A DNA stretch of 64,000 nt from Anaerolineales bacterium. GTDB lineage: Bacteria; Chloroflexota; Anaerolineae; Anaerolineales; UBA11858. The notes under the pieces were generated by a model, which saw only the letters and a program-made list of their open reading frames with translations, ran no database searches and was not told where the DNA came from. How positions within the stretch are numbered: the stretch's first letter is position 1; each line of letters opens with the position of its first letter. The translations under genes and the position numbers were made by a program. The stretch is taken from NCBI GenBank assembly GCA_041686005.1, contig JAWLER010000006.1, positions 17,635 through 81,634 of the forward strand. The letters run 5' to 3'. Positions 20,120 through 29,880 of this stretch are shown here, one piece after another.

Positions 20120-20183
20120 CGATCCTAAAGGCATAATTTACAATGGTAAAAGGAGTGTTGATCACCTTTTCAAAGAGTTTCTC

Positions 20184-20708
20184 ATGGAAAAGCTGTATAT
20201 TGGTACACTTCAAACCGATGTCTTGGGGTTAATTGGTGTCGCCCTCACAGAGAGGGGATTGGCCGGGGTGCGGATGTTTCAGGGAGGCGAGCGGAATTTT
20301 ATTGAGAATATCACCGCCGGCAAGGAGGTTAAAGTCATCCCCTCCTCAGAGAAAACGGCCCCCATTCTCGATCAAATCAAAGAGTATTTACAGGGGGAGC
20401 GGACGAGATTTGAGGTGGCAATCGATTGGTCGGGATTGACGGATTTCCAGCGTGCTGCCCTCCAGGCGACGCTTGATATCCCCTTTGGGGAGACGCGTTC
20501 TTATAGGGATATCGCGACCAGCATAGGACAGCCCCATGCAGCCCGAGCCGTGGGGCAGGCTGAAAGAAACAATCCCAACCCTTTGGTGATCCCCTGTCAT
20601 CGGGTGATCGGTTCGGATGGGAAATTACGTGGCTATGGGGGTTCGAAAGATGTGAATACGAAGGCCTGGCTGCTCGCTTTTGAAGAAAGGGTAGCGGGTA
20701 AAGGGTGA
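20184..20708 (+). CDS. ogt: methylated-DNA--protein-cysteine methyltransferase
   Basis: 174 aa with the active-site motif IPCHRVIGSDG and a preceding helix-turn-helix (RSYRDIA..G.PHAARAVG). Confidence 0.9.
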   Translation: MEKLYIGTLQTDVLGLIGVALTERGLAGVRMFQGGERNFIENITAGKEVKVIPSSEKTAPILDQIKEYLQGERTRFEVAIDWSGLTDFQRAALQATLDIPFGETRSYRDIATSIGQPHAARAVGQAERNNPNPLVIPCHRVIGSDGKLRGYGGSKDVNTKAWLLAFEERVAGKG

Positions 20709-20710
20709 GG

Positions 20711-21601
20711 TCATTTTTCCAGGATCACAGCCATTTTCCCTAACACTCTCCAAGATCGCAGGAAGACTTTGTTGTAACGGTAATACACCTGACCGCCGTC
20801 CAAGATATAAATTTTGTTCTTGGTGTAACCGGTGACGATCACCGTATGTTCAAATTTCGCTACGGTGGTTTTGTGTCCTGAGGAGGATGTGTAGGGGATG
20901 GGGGTTCCGTATTCCACGTGTCCGGTGACCCAAACGATCACCGGCCTGCCAGCAGCGATTTCAGCCTTTAATTCATCCAGAGTCATCCCCCGCACCGCTT
21001 TGGCGTTCAACCCGAAGGAGCGCAGACGCCTGGCGATCGGTTGGGCATGAACCCCGTACGGAGCGGGTGGGATCTGTCCCCAACTTCCATAGACGCTTCC
21101 CACAAACCCTTTATCGGGGTTATCGCTTTTCGGTAGGCCGTTAAAAAAGGTGTGTTCGCTGATGGATCTCCCGAAATAGCGGGCCCAGTCGACAGCGGAA
21201 CGGGATTCGCAGCTCAGGGGCATAGATTGGGCATAACCTGTGATACCGGAGATCGTACTCACGGGCGGTGGGACGGGGGTGTGGGTGGCTGTGGGTGTAG
21301 GTGAGAGGGTAGGGGAAGGGGTCATGGACGCTGTGGGCGTGCTGGTCAGCGGTAAAGCCTGGAAAGGCGTGGCGGTAGAAGTCGGTGTGATCGTGGGGGT
21401 GGAAGTGGGTTCGGAGGTCGGTGCCGGGATGGTCTCCGGAGGGGAAAAGTTGGAATGGAGGAAGATCAGGACCAGAAAGCTGCCTACAGTGACCGCGTTC
21501 GCGCTCAATATCGCTCCCAGCGATGAAAACCCGTACTCTTTTCGAGAGGGATTTGCCAACCGTTCGGTGCCTATTTGGGGCTGGGGTTTGAAGATAGACA
21601 T
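20711..21601 (-). CDS. membrane-anchored papain-like (peptidase C39-like) cysteine peptidase
   Basis: N-terminal TM helix, a PT-rich linker, then a roughly 170-aa domain with a candidate nucleophile Cys (MPLSCESRS) and His (EHTVIVTGY), in C39-like order and spacing. Confidence 0.5.
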   Translation of the reverse strand: MSIFKPQPQIGTERLANPSRKEYGFSSLGAILSANAVTVGSFLVLIFLHSNFSPPETIPAPTSEPTSTPTITPTSTATPFQALPLTSTPTASMTPSPTLSPTPTATHTPVPPPVSTISGITGYAQSMPLSCESRSAVDWARYFGRSISEHTFFNGLPKSDNPDKGFVGSVYGSWGQIPPAPYGVHAQPIARRLRSFGLNAKAVRGMTLDELKAEIAAGRPVIVWVTGHVEYGTPIPYTSSSGHKTTVAKFEHTVIVTGYTKNKIYILDGGQVYYRYNKVFLRSWRVLGKMAVILEK

Positions 21602-21836
21602 CGTAACTGGCCCACTATGATACGTAAACTTAAAGCATTAAACTTGAATGGCTTGGGGATTGATAAACATGTTTTTGTATTATACTCACTATGGAGTGGA
21701 AAATGTTTTCACTTTTGTTGGTTTCATCTTCCCCTCAGGTCATTTTTTGGCCCCGCTTTTCGAAACTTTGAACATGAACGATGGGGAGGGTTGCGGAAGG
21801 GTTAAAATGGCGGTCCGGGATGGTTCGGGGTCGTGA

Positions 21837-22865
21837 ATGGGGGAGGGGTTCCTGCCAAAAGCAAAGGATAGGAAAGCCGTGAGACAGTGGTGGGCTTGTG
21901 TTTTCTCGAAACATATCCTTGAGCATCTTGGGATCGGACTTAATGTCCTTTTTTCTCTCTTCTTGGTATTCCATCTTGTCAGTTGTCATACCTTACCCCG
22001 CCTGAATAAGGAATACGGCAAGGAAATACCGACGGAAACCCGTTCACCAGTGTTGACTGCGACCCCCCAACCTACGGTTTGGTCCTCCCCAACCCCCACG
22101 GTTGAAGCGACGGAAGAGGCAACCCCCCAACCTACGAAGACCCCTGCTGCAAAGGTCTTTACAATCACCATCGTGTATGATAACTACTTGTACAAGAAAG
22201 GGTTGGAAACGGATTGGGGGTTTTCAGCCCTGGTTGAATATGGGGAGGAAAAGATCCTTTTTGACACAGGTGCCTCCGGGTCGATATTGCTTTCCAATAT
22301 GCGGAAGCTGGATATCGATCCCAAAAGGATTAACAAAGTCGTTTTATCCCACATTCATGGGGACCATATTGGGGGGTTACAGGCTTTATTGAACAGCGGG
22401 GCGCGTCCCACCGTGTATCTTCTCCCTTCCTTTTCCGCGTCGTATAAAGCTGAATTGCGAAAGACGGTCAAAGTAGTGGAGGTAAAAGCGGGGCAAAAAC
22501 TATCGGAGCGGGTCTACACCACGGGAGCATTGCCCGGCCCTCCACCGGAACAGGCGCTGGTTCTGGATACAACACATGGTTTGGTGGTCATTACCGGATG
22601 TGCCCATCCGGGGGTTGTGACCATGGTGGAGACGGCGAAGAGACATTTCCACGAAAGCCCCTATCTTGTCTTGGGAGGGTTCCACCTCTTCAACAAGAGC
22701 GAGGCGTATATCCAAGGCGTCATCAACGAATTCCACCGCCTGGGCGTGACATACGCTGCCCCCTGTCATTGTTCGGGGATGAAAACGCGGGCGATGTTTG
22801 CTAAGGATTACGGGAACAAATATGTGGAAGTTGGCGTGGGGAAAGTGATAGAGATAAAGCCGTGA
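21837..22865 (+). CDS. MBL-fold metallo-hydrolase with an N-terminal anchor and PT linker
   Basis: HxHxDH motif SHIHGDHIGG plus later His/Asp ligands (GCAHPG, GGFHL). The start is uncertain; a GTG at 21879 is an alternative. Confidence 0.7.
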   Translation: MGEGFLPKAKDRKAVRQWWACVFSKHILEHLGIGLNVLFSLFLVFHLVSCHTLPRLNKEYGKEIPTETRSPVLTATPQPTVWSSPTPTVEATEEATPQPTKTPAAKVFTITIVYDNYLYKKGLETDWGFSALVEYGEEKILFDTGASGSILLSNMRKLDIDPKRINKVVLSHIHGDHIGGLQALLNSGARPTVYLLPSFSASYKAELRKTVKVVEVKAGQKLSERVYTTGALPGPPPEQALVLDTTHGLVVITGCAHPGVVTMVETAKRHFHESPYLVLGGFHLFNKSEAYIQGVINEFHRLGVTYAAPCHCSGMKTRAMFAKDYGNKYVEVGVGKVIEIKP

Positions 22866-23010
22866 GGGGATTTTTCTCCTCTGCCGCCTTTCTTCTCCCA
22901 AGGTGGGTTGCATTTCAGAGGGTGGGATGTATGATCCACGGTCCCCATATCTTATGAATAATGTGTCAAAGTGAGTGCAAAGGGAACTTTTGGTGAAGGA
23001 GTGGAGGACA

Positions 23011-23421
23011 ATGATCAAAGACGATCCAGCGAAACGGGCTGGGAATCTTCTCCAGCGCGGTTACCATTGATCGGAAGGGATGATGATCGCCGTTGGCGAG
23101 CATGTTTTAGGTGAACTGGATGAGCGGATGATCCGGATGGCGACCGGTTTGGGGGGCGGCGTGGGTATGGATTATCAAGATCTGTGCGGGGCTTTCCTTT
23201 CGGGCGTTTTGATCATTGGGGCGTGTCATGGTCGAACGACCCCCGAGGTGGACGATGGCCCCTGTCAGGAAAAAGTCCGCGCCTTTCGACAGCGATTTGA
23301 GGCTGAAATGGGCTCATTGATTTGTGGTGAATTACGGGAGGAGAAATACGGCTCGGGTGGCGAAGAGCCCTGTTCGGTGCTTGTTGAGCGGGCCGCTGCT
23401 ATCTTACTTGAGATTGTATAA
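23011..23421 (+). CDS. C_GCAxxG_C_C family putative redox protein with an in-frame TGA (Sec candidate) at 23068-23070
   Basis: ATG 23011 has AAGGAG/GGAGG upstream and is in the same frame as track ORF 23080..23421. Family motifs are GYH-[TGA]-SEGMM, GLGGGVG, LCGAFLSG, LICGE and PCS. If the TGA is a true stop, the CDS is only 23080..23421. Confidence 0.55.
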
Positions 23422-23455
23422 CCGATAAATTTGTGAGGAGAGAAGGGAATCAGGG

Positions 23456-24922
23456 ATGGGTGATCGGTTGGAACATACAGCTTCGCAATTAAACCGGTTG
23501 GGAGATTTGGTGGCGGATTTCGTGGCCCAATACCTGTCCGATCTGGAAGAGCTGGACGTCAGTCCAGCATCTATCACCCCGGAAGAGGTCCAAAAATCGC
23601 TCTCTGAGCCCCTGCCCCTGGAAGCGCAGGAGTTGGACGAGGTGTGGTCCGATTTTCAGGATAGCGTGGTGGATCAATCCGTCCGGGTTGGGCATCCGCA
23701 ATTCTTGGCTTGGATCAGGACCTCACCCTTGGGTGGAGCGGTGTTTGCAGAAGCATTGGCGGCCGCCCTCAATCAATCGGTAGCTGTGTGGGATGGGGCG
23801 CCAGCTGCCACAGAAGTGGAAAAGATGGTCATCCAGTGGTTGATTGAGATCAGCGGCTATGATCCTCAAGGCGGGGGCATCCTCACCTCAGGAGGGTCGA
23901 TGGCCAATTTCACCGGGCTGCTCGCAGCACTCTCATCCGTTTTCCCCCGGGTTCGAGAACAGGGGGTGAGGGACGGACCCCCTTTGGCAGTCTACCTCAC
24001 CTCTCAAACCCATTACAGCGTCCACAAGGCGGTGGAGATGATGGGAGTGGGGCGGAAGGCGATCCGCACAGTGCCCGTGGACGATGATCTGCGCATGGAT
24101 GCTGAAGCCCTTGCCGCTCGCATTCGCGGGGACCGCCAGAAAGGAACCCAGCCGTTAGCTGTGGTGGCGACTTTGGGCACGACCAGCACGGGATCCTGCG
24201 ATGACCTCCTTTCTCTGGGACGGGTCTGCCGGGAGGAGAAGGTGTGGCTGCATGTGGACGGTGCATATGGAGGGGTGGCAGGACTCATCCCCGGGAAGAG
24301 ACATCTCGTCCGGGGCCTCTCTGAGGCGGATTCCTTTGTCCTCGATCCCCATAAAAACCTCTTTATGCCTTTTGAAGCGGGTTGTCTGCTGGTTCGGGAT
24401 CTCGACCACCTGCGGTCTGCCTTTGCGGTGAGAACTGATTATCTTCCCAACACGGAGGGTGGCCTGATCAGGGAACAAAGCCTGCGGCACCATTTCCGGG
24501 ACTATGGTCCCCAACTTTCCAGGGGATTTCGCGCGCTCAAAATCTACCTGACGTTGAAACTGTATGGGTTAAACGACATCGCAAAAGAGATCGCCCGGGA
24601 GTATGATCTGGCAGAGAAATTTGCGGGGATGATCCACAGAGCGGAGGACTTCGAAACCCTGGCGGATGTGGCATTGGGGGTGGTTGCCTTCCGTTACCTG
24701 CCGCGCGACACAATGGATCGAGAACGTGTGAACGCATTTAATGCAGAAATGGTGGAGGAACTCCAGCGCAGGGGGAAAGTCTTTCTCTCCAAAATCGTTG
24801 TCCAAGGGCAGGTCGGTTTTCGGGCTTGTTTTGTTTCCCACCGCACACGCTCCTCACACCTCCAAGGGGTGTTGGATGAAGTCCGGGAGGTGGCTCGGGT
24901 TGTCCAGGGAATGGGGGAGTAG
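23456..24922 (+). CDS. pyridoxal-phosphate-dependent (group II) amino-acid decarboxylase
   Basis: 488 aa with SGGSMANF, HVDGAYGG and the PLP-lysine motif LDPHKNLFMP. Confidence 0.85.
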   Translation: MGDRLEHTASQLNRLGDLVADFVAQYLSDLEELDVSPASITPEEVQKSLSEPLPLEAQELDEVWSDFQDSVVDQSVRVGHPQFLAWIRTSPLGGAVFAEALAAALNQSVAVWDGAPAATEVEKMVIQWLIEISGYDPQGGGILTSGGSMANFTGLLAALSSVFPRVREQGVRDGPPLAVYLTSQTHYSVHKAVEMMGVGRKAIRTVPVDDDLRMDAEALAARIRGDRQKGTQPLAVVATLGTTSTGSCDDLLSLGRVCREEKVWLHVDGAYGGVAGLIPGKRHLVRGLSEADSFVLDPHKNLFMPFEAGCLLVRDLDHLRSAFAVRTDYLPNTEGGLIREQSLRHHFRDYGPQLSRGFRALKIYLTLKLYGLNDIAKEIAREYDLAEKFAGMIHRAEDFETLADVALGVVAFRYLPRDTMDRERVNAFNAEMVEELQRRGKVFLSKIVVQGQVGFRACFVSHRTRSSHLQGVLDEVREVARVVQGMGE

Positions 24923-24930
24923 CCCTGTTA

Positions 24931-25977
24931 CTATCCTTCTACCGCGTTTAGGAAATCGGCCAGGAAGCCGTAGGCAGTCGTCCTCGGGGTGGGGTTTTCT
25001 TCTAGGAGGGCGAACGAACCCAAGATGTCGCTTTCCACTTGGAGGATCGTGGAAGTGCCGCTGACATGGTAAAGCGCTGACGAGGGCCCAACCACTTGGG
25101 GCCTGACCTCAGCCGCGACCTTCTGGCTTCCCTCTCTGGGCCGCTGTGCAGAACAGACCAGCTTCCAGCGCTTTCCATCTTCTTTTGCCTTTTTTATGTC
25201 TCTGGGGTGGATGCCCCGGATCCCGGTCCGTTTTACCTTTTCCAGAGTGAGGGGGAGATCCATGATCACATTGACCAAGATGGCCAATTTGACCGCGGCA
25301 TCCCAGCCGTCCAGGTCCCCGCTGGGGTCTGTCTCAGCGATGCCCATTGACTGGGCGTGGGCGACCGCATCTTTCAGGCTTTCCCCCCTTTCCATGCGGG
25401 TCAGGATCAGGTTGGTGGTGGAGTTGAGGATCCCCTGGAAGCCGGTGATGTCCGCAGCGGGCAGTCCGCAGCGAGCCATGGAGAAGACGGGGGCTCCATC
25501 CAGCACGGTTGCTTCGAAAAGGAAGGACCGCTGGTGGGCGCGAGCTAGGCCGCTCAGTTCACGGTATCCATGGACCACAGGCCCTTTGTTGGCTGTGATC
25601 ACATGCATATCGTTTTCCAGGGCTGCATGAAGGTAGTCCAAAGCAGGCTGCCCGTTCTGATAATTAACCGGCGTGGATTCAAATAGAACGTCCGCAGGCA
25701 CGTCCCTGATGAACGCCAGGCTGTCTTCCACCCTGGACTTGCTCAACGGCTCCAATGATCCCCCAGCCTGATGGATGGAGAGGGCTTCTGTGAGGTCGAT
25801 CCCCCCAGGGTGAACGGCCCTGCCGTGGCTGCCGGTGGCGATGCCTACCACCTGGAATGCGATGCCTTTTTCCTCCTGGAGGGTTTTTTCTTTCTCCAGC
25901 AACAGCCGGGCAAAGGCCTGGCCCACGTTTCCGAATCCCAAGAGCGCCAAACGATATTCTTTTCCTGAGCTGTTCAT
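24931..25977 (-). CDS. hom: homoserine dehydrogenase (no ACT domain)
   Basis: LLGFGNVGQ Rossmann motif, ITANKGP, FEATVLDGAPV, and GILNSTTN..GIAETDPSGDLDGWDAAVKLAIL. Confidence 0.85.
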   Translation of the reverse strand: MNSSGKEYRLALLGFGNVGQAFARLLLEKEKTLQEEKGIAFQVVGIATGSHGRAVHPGGIDLTEALSIHQAGGSLEPLSKSRVEDSLAFIRDVPADVLFESTPVNYQNGQPALDYLHAALENDMHVITANKGPVVHGYRELSGLARAHQRSFLFEATVLDGAPVFSMARCGLPAADITGFQGILNSTTNLILTRMERGESLKDAVAHAQSMGIAETDPSGDLDGWDAAVKLAILVNVIMDLPLTLEKVKRTGIRGIHPRDIKKAKEDGKRWKLVCSAQRPREGSQKVAAEVRPQVVGPSSALYHVSGTSTILQVESDILGSFALLEENPTPRTTAYGFLADFLNAVEG

Positions 25978-26037
25978 TTGGGCATCCTCCCCGGACCGAA
26001 CGCCAACTACTGGGAACCCTTCTGATCCTGGATAAGG

Positions 26038-27453
26038 TCACTTCGTGCCTTTTTTGTGCCGCCCTTTGATGGATTTGATTTCTTCTTCGGAAAGATCGGG
26101 CACGTCCTCTGTTTCCTCGATACCCAGGGCTTCCCGCTGCGCTTCTCGCCAGCGTCGAAGCCGATCCTTGACTTCCTGCTCGTATCCCTGGGCCGAAGGC
26201 TGGTAGAAATAGGTCCCCAACAATTCTTCCGGCAGGTACTGCTGGGGAAGGAAGTGGTCCGGGTGGGCGTGGGGATACTCATACCCTTTCCCGTGCCCCA
26301 GGGCTTTCCGGTCCCGGCTGGGATCTTTAAGGTGAGAGGGGACATTGATGCGGCTGGACTTTTCGATCAGATCAAAGGCTTTAAAGTAAGCCCCCGTGGA
26401 ATTAGACTTCGGCGCGGTGGCCAAATAAAGGGTGGCTTCGACGATGGGGTAGACCCCCTCCGGCAGGCCTACGAACTCGAAGGCTTGGGCGGCGGCGTTG
26501 GCGACCACCAGCCCCATGGGATCCGCTAGGCCGATGTCCTCCCCGGCGGCGATCAGCAGGCGGCGGAGGATGAACCGGGGGTCCTCCCCGGCGTAAAGCA
26601 TCTTGGCCAGCCAGTACAGGGCGGCGTCCGGATCGGAACCGCGGATGGCTTTGATGTAGGCCGAAATGGTGTCGTAATGGGCATCCCCGTCCTTGTCATA
26701 CAGCACGGCTCGCCGCTGGATGGAATCCTGCGCCACCTCGAGGGTGATATGGATCCCGCCTTTCTCCTTCTTCGGGGTGGATTCCACGGCCAGCTCCAGG
26801 GCGTTGAGGGCGTTGCGGGCATCCCCGCCCGCCACGCGGATCAAGTGATCCTCGGCCTCTTGATCAAGGATCACATCCAGTTTGCCATACCCGCGTTCCT
26901 CATCCGCCAGAGCCCGGTGCAGCAGGGTCCGGATGTCCTCGTCGCTGAGGGATTTCAATTGAAAGATCCGCGAGCGGGAAACCAGGGCGCTGATGACCTC
27001 GAAATAGGGGTTTTCGGTCGTGGCGCCAATCAGGGTGATGGTCCCGTTTTCGACGTGGGGCAGCAGGGCATCCTGCTGGGCTTTGTTCCAGCGGTGGACC
27101 TCGTCCACGAAGAGGATGGTCCGTTTCTGGACCATCTTGCGCCGCTCCCGGGCGCCCTCGATCACCTGCCGCAGGTCCGCCTTGCCGGCCATCACCGCGG
27201 AGAGGGTCACGAAATGGGACTCCGTCTTGTTGGCGATGATCATGGCCAGGGTGGTTTTCCCTGTCCCAGGGGGACCCCAAAAGATCAAGGATGAGAAGAT
27301 ACGGTCCGCCTGGATGGCGCGGTACAGCAGCCGTCCCTCTCCGACGATGTGCTCCTGACCTACGAACGCGTCCAGGGTCTCCGGGCGCATGCGAGCTGCC
27401 AGGGGGGCCTTCTTTTTCATCCGTTCTTTCATAGCGTGGTCGAATAAATCCAT
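26038..27453 (-). CDS. rarA: replication-associated recombination protein A (AAA+ ATPase)
   Basis: Walker A GPPGTGKTT, Walker B LFVDEVHRWNK, and the MgsA C-terminal region (HYD.ISA..K..RGSDPDAALYWLA, YEYPH). It has a short basic C-terminal tail. Confidence 0.92.
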   Translation of the reverse strand: MDLFDHAMKERMKKKAPLAARMRPETLDAFVGQEHIVGEGRLLYRAIQADRIFSSLIFWGPPGTGKTTLAMIIANKTESHFVTLSAVMAGKADLRQVIEGARERRKMVQKRTILFVDEVHRWNKAQQDALLPHVENGTITLIGATTENPYFEVISALVSRSRIFQLKSLSDEDIRTLLHRALADEERGYGKLDVILDQEAEDHLIRVAGGDARNALNALELAVESTPKKEKGGIHITLEVAQDSIQRRAVLYDKDGDAHYDTISAYIKAIRGSDPDAALYWLAKMLYAGEDPRFILRRLLIAAGEDIGLADPMGLVVANAAAQAFEFVGLPEGVYPIVEATLYLATAPKSNSTGAYFKAFDLIEKSSRINVPSHLKDPSRDRKALGHGKGYEYPHAHPDHFLPQQYLPEELLGTYFYQPSAQGYEQEVKDRLRRWREAQREALGIEETEDVPDLSEEEIKSIKGRHKKGTK

Positions 27454-27772
27454 GGGGATATTTTATCATGGGAGCGAGGGCCGCTCCCAAGGGGCGAAAA
27501 GCTTAGATGGCAACACGAAAAAAGTGAAAAAAGTCACAATCCATCCCCATTTTCCCAAAATTTGGGTAAAATGTGGCTTTGGAAGGGTGCCTTTCTGATC
27601 CGGAAAGCGGTGCGGCTGGTGGCCGATCCGGAAGGTTAAGGCGGCTTTCGATCCTATTGTTTTCAAGGTCAATATCAATCCACGGGCTGGATCCTCCCGC
27701 CGACAGCGTGGGAGGTTAGTTCGTTTTAGTGCGGGGGCTGGTCGGAAATAGAAACAAAAAGGAGTTCCAGCG

Positions 27773-28384
27773 ATGGCAAAGGTTGAACAAGTTTCAGGGA
27801 ACAGAAAAGGAAAACGGATCTGGATCCCGCTGGGGATCGTTTGCGGTGGGATCCTGGTAGTGTTGGGGGGGATTTTCCTCTGGGCGGGCTGGCAGGGGTA
27901 TCAGGAGGCCCCTAAATTGATTGAGGGGTCGGTGCCGCAGGGCTCATCGGGTGTGGGGTACCTCTTGACCCCGGATCAGGCGGGGATTCAGACAGAGCTC
28001 GGTCCCCCGGAGGCTTTTACATTGCTTTTTTATGAAGAGGAAACCGTAGATGGTTCGCTGCGGGATGTCCGTTTGGAGAGCTGGGATTACTACTCCCAGG
28101 GCGTTGGTTACACTTTCATCAACGGTGAGCTGACCGGAGAGGATGAGTTGGATATAAGCGAAATCGGGCAGCTGGCGCCGATGCCCTATGATCCGGAGCA
28201 GTTCGAGGCTTATATGAGCCTGAATGAAGTCCTGGCTGCTGCCAGCTTGGAAACGTATGTTGAGATTCCCCTCGAAAAAGCATTTCTGGAAGGTGGGGAT
28301 CTCTATTACGGGGAATCGTTGACCTTTGGGTTGGTGGACGGTGAGCTGCGCTACCTGGAAGCCCTGGCGCTGATCGAGGAGTGA
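27773..28384 (+). CDS. hypothetical membrane-anchored protein
   Basis: 203 aa with an N-terminal TM helix (IWIPLGIVCGGILVVLGGIFLWAGW) and an acidic ectodomain. No family recognised. Confidence 0.5.
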   Translation: MAKVEQVSGNRKGKRIWIPLGIVCGGILVVLGGIFLWAGWQGYQEAPKLIEGSVPQGSSGVGYLLTPDQAGIQTELGPPEAFTLLFYEEETVDGSLRDVRLESWDYYSQGVGYTFINGELTGEDELDISEIGQLAPMPYDPEQFEAYMSLNEVLAAASLETYVEIPLEKAFLEGGDLYYGESLTFGLVDGELRYLEALALIEE

Positions 28385-29102
28385 GAATAAGATGAAAAAC
28401 AAAATCAAATCATGGATCCTGCTGCTGGTTTTTTGTTTCAGCCTGGTGCCGTTCGGGGCCGGCCAGGCGGGGGGTCCGGGCCGGACCTTTGCGGAAGCCC
28501 GCTCCCTGCTCTACCTCGGGGGAGTTTTCCTGGAGGATGAAGCCAGCTTGGACACGGCAGTCCGATTCCCGGGGCTGATGGCCCCGGCTCCGGTTGTACG
28601 CCAGGCGGAAGGGGCAGAAGAAATCCTGAATCGGATGATCCACGCCACCAAGCAGGAGCGCAACGATCATGATGCAAACTGCCGCCAGCTGAAGATACAG
28701 TACCAGTCGGCGGGAGATCAAGCAGCGGTTCAGAAGCTGACATCCTATTGTGAAGGTGAACGCCAGCGTTTATCAAACAGGATCAGTTTTTTACGCAGAT
28801 TGCGGGGAGGGGACCGGCGCAAGTTGCTCACGCACTGGTGGCATTCGGTCAAGCGGGGTTCGGCCAACTTCTGGCGCCGGATTGGACCGCTGGGGAGAAA
28901 TATCCTCCGGAAGGTAGGCGATGAAGCTTTTAACACGGTTGCCAGCGGGGGCAGCTTGAGCGGTGAGGTGGTCCGCCGCTTGGCGAAGCAGGTGGTGAAG
29001 AGCCAGGCCCGGGAGGAGCTCAAGAAGGTGGTCTACCGCGGGGTGGAGCGCCTGCTGCGGGGCCAGGTGGAGATCGCCCGGGCGGCCGGGGTGCTGGAGG
29101 AT
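28380..29102 (+). repeat. direct repeat copy 1 (about 0.72 kb; 5' half of paralog A plus 12 nt of leader)
   Basis: Near-identical DNA to 29881-30603, at an offset of 1501 bp. It starts at AGTGAGAATAAGATG and ends after ..GGGGTGCTGGA(G/A)GATGA. Confidence 0.85.
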
Positions 29103-29810
29103 GACGGCGAGGGAGATGATCCGCAGTTCCTGGAAGGGGATGTGGACCAGTTCGATGATGGTGTGCTCAGCGAGGATGAAGTTCAGGAATCTGCCGCCAA
29201 CCAAGCCGAGGAGGAAGAGGACTGTCCGGGGGACAGCAGCTGGGTCGCACCGTACTGGGATGAGGTCATCCAACCGCAGCTGGTCGCGGAAGGTCGGATT
29301 TGCCAGCAAACGGCGATTGCCATTTATAAATCCTGTCTGCAGGATCAGGGCATCCAGGGAGTGTGCCCGGAGGACGCTTTGGCGCACTGTGACCCTTTAT
29401 ATCGAGCTATCCCGCGTACTGAAAGCAGCGGAACGGTGACTCAAAAATTGACCGTGATGCACAGTGAAGCACAAAACATCGCTGCCAGCCTGGTTTATAA
29501 CGGCAGCGGCGGCAGCGGGGTCCGCGGAAAGATCAGCTACATTCTACAGGACCGCCACCTGTGCACCATCAGGGTCACCAGCACACTCAGCGGCACCTTC
29601 GATCTGGACACCTGCACTTTGAGCGGCACAGCCCAGGTCACCGAAGTCTACGAAGGGACGGCCTGCGCCAGCGTGTGCAGCGGGGGTTCCTGTCCGGTGA
29701 CCCGCTCGGCTTCGGTCCCGTGGCAGGCCATCCTGGAGGACGGAGAGATTTCTGGAGGTGTGAATGGAAATGGGAGCAGTGTTAGTGGTTTTGGGTTTGG
29801 GACACCCTGA
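28392..29810 (+). CDS. secreted Cys-rich hypothetical protein, paralog A
   Basis: 472 aa with a signal peptide (MKNKIKSWILLLVFCFSLVPFGAG), a basic helical N-half and a Cys-rich C-half. It is a tandem paralog of 29893..31209. Confidence 0.65.
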   Translation: MKNKIKSWILLLVFCFSLVPFGAGQAGGPGRTFAEARSLLYLGGVFLEDEASLDTAVRFPGLMAPAPVVRQAEGAEEILNRMIHATKQERNDHDANCRQLKIQYQSAGDQAAVQKLTSYCEGERQRLSNRISFLRRLRGGDRRKLLTHWWHSVKRGSANFWRRIGPLGRNILRKVGDEAFNTVASGGSLSGEVVRRLAKQVVKSQAREELKKVVYRGVERLLRGQVEIARAAGVLEDDGEGDDPQFLEGDVDQFDDGVLSEDEVQESAANQAEEEEDCPGDSSWVAPYWDEVIQPQLVAEGRICQQTAIAIYKSCLQDQGIQGVCPEDALAHCDPLYRAIPRTESSGTVTQKLTVMHSEAQNIAASLVYNGSGGSGVRGKISYILQDRHLCTIRVTSTLSGTFDLDTCTLSGTAQVTEVYEGTACASVCSGGSCPVTRSASVPWQAILEDGEISGGVNGNGSSVSGFGFGTP

Positions 29811-29880
29811 CGCCTTGCTCTCCTCAGAAAAACGAGGGCGGGGCGCATACGGATCAGGATTATCGTGGTTTTAATGGAGC

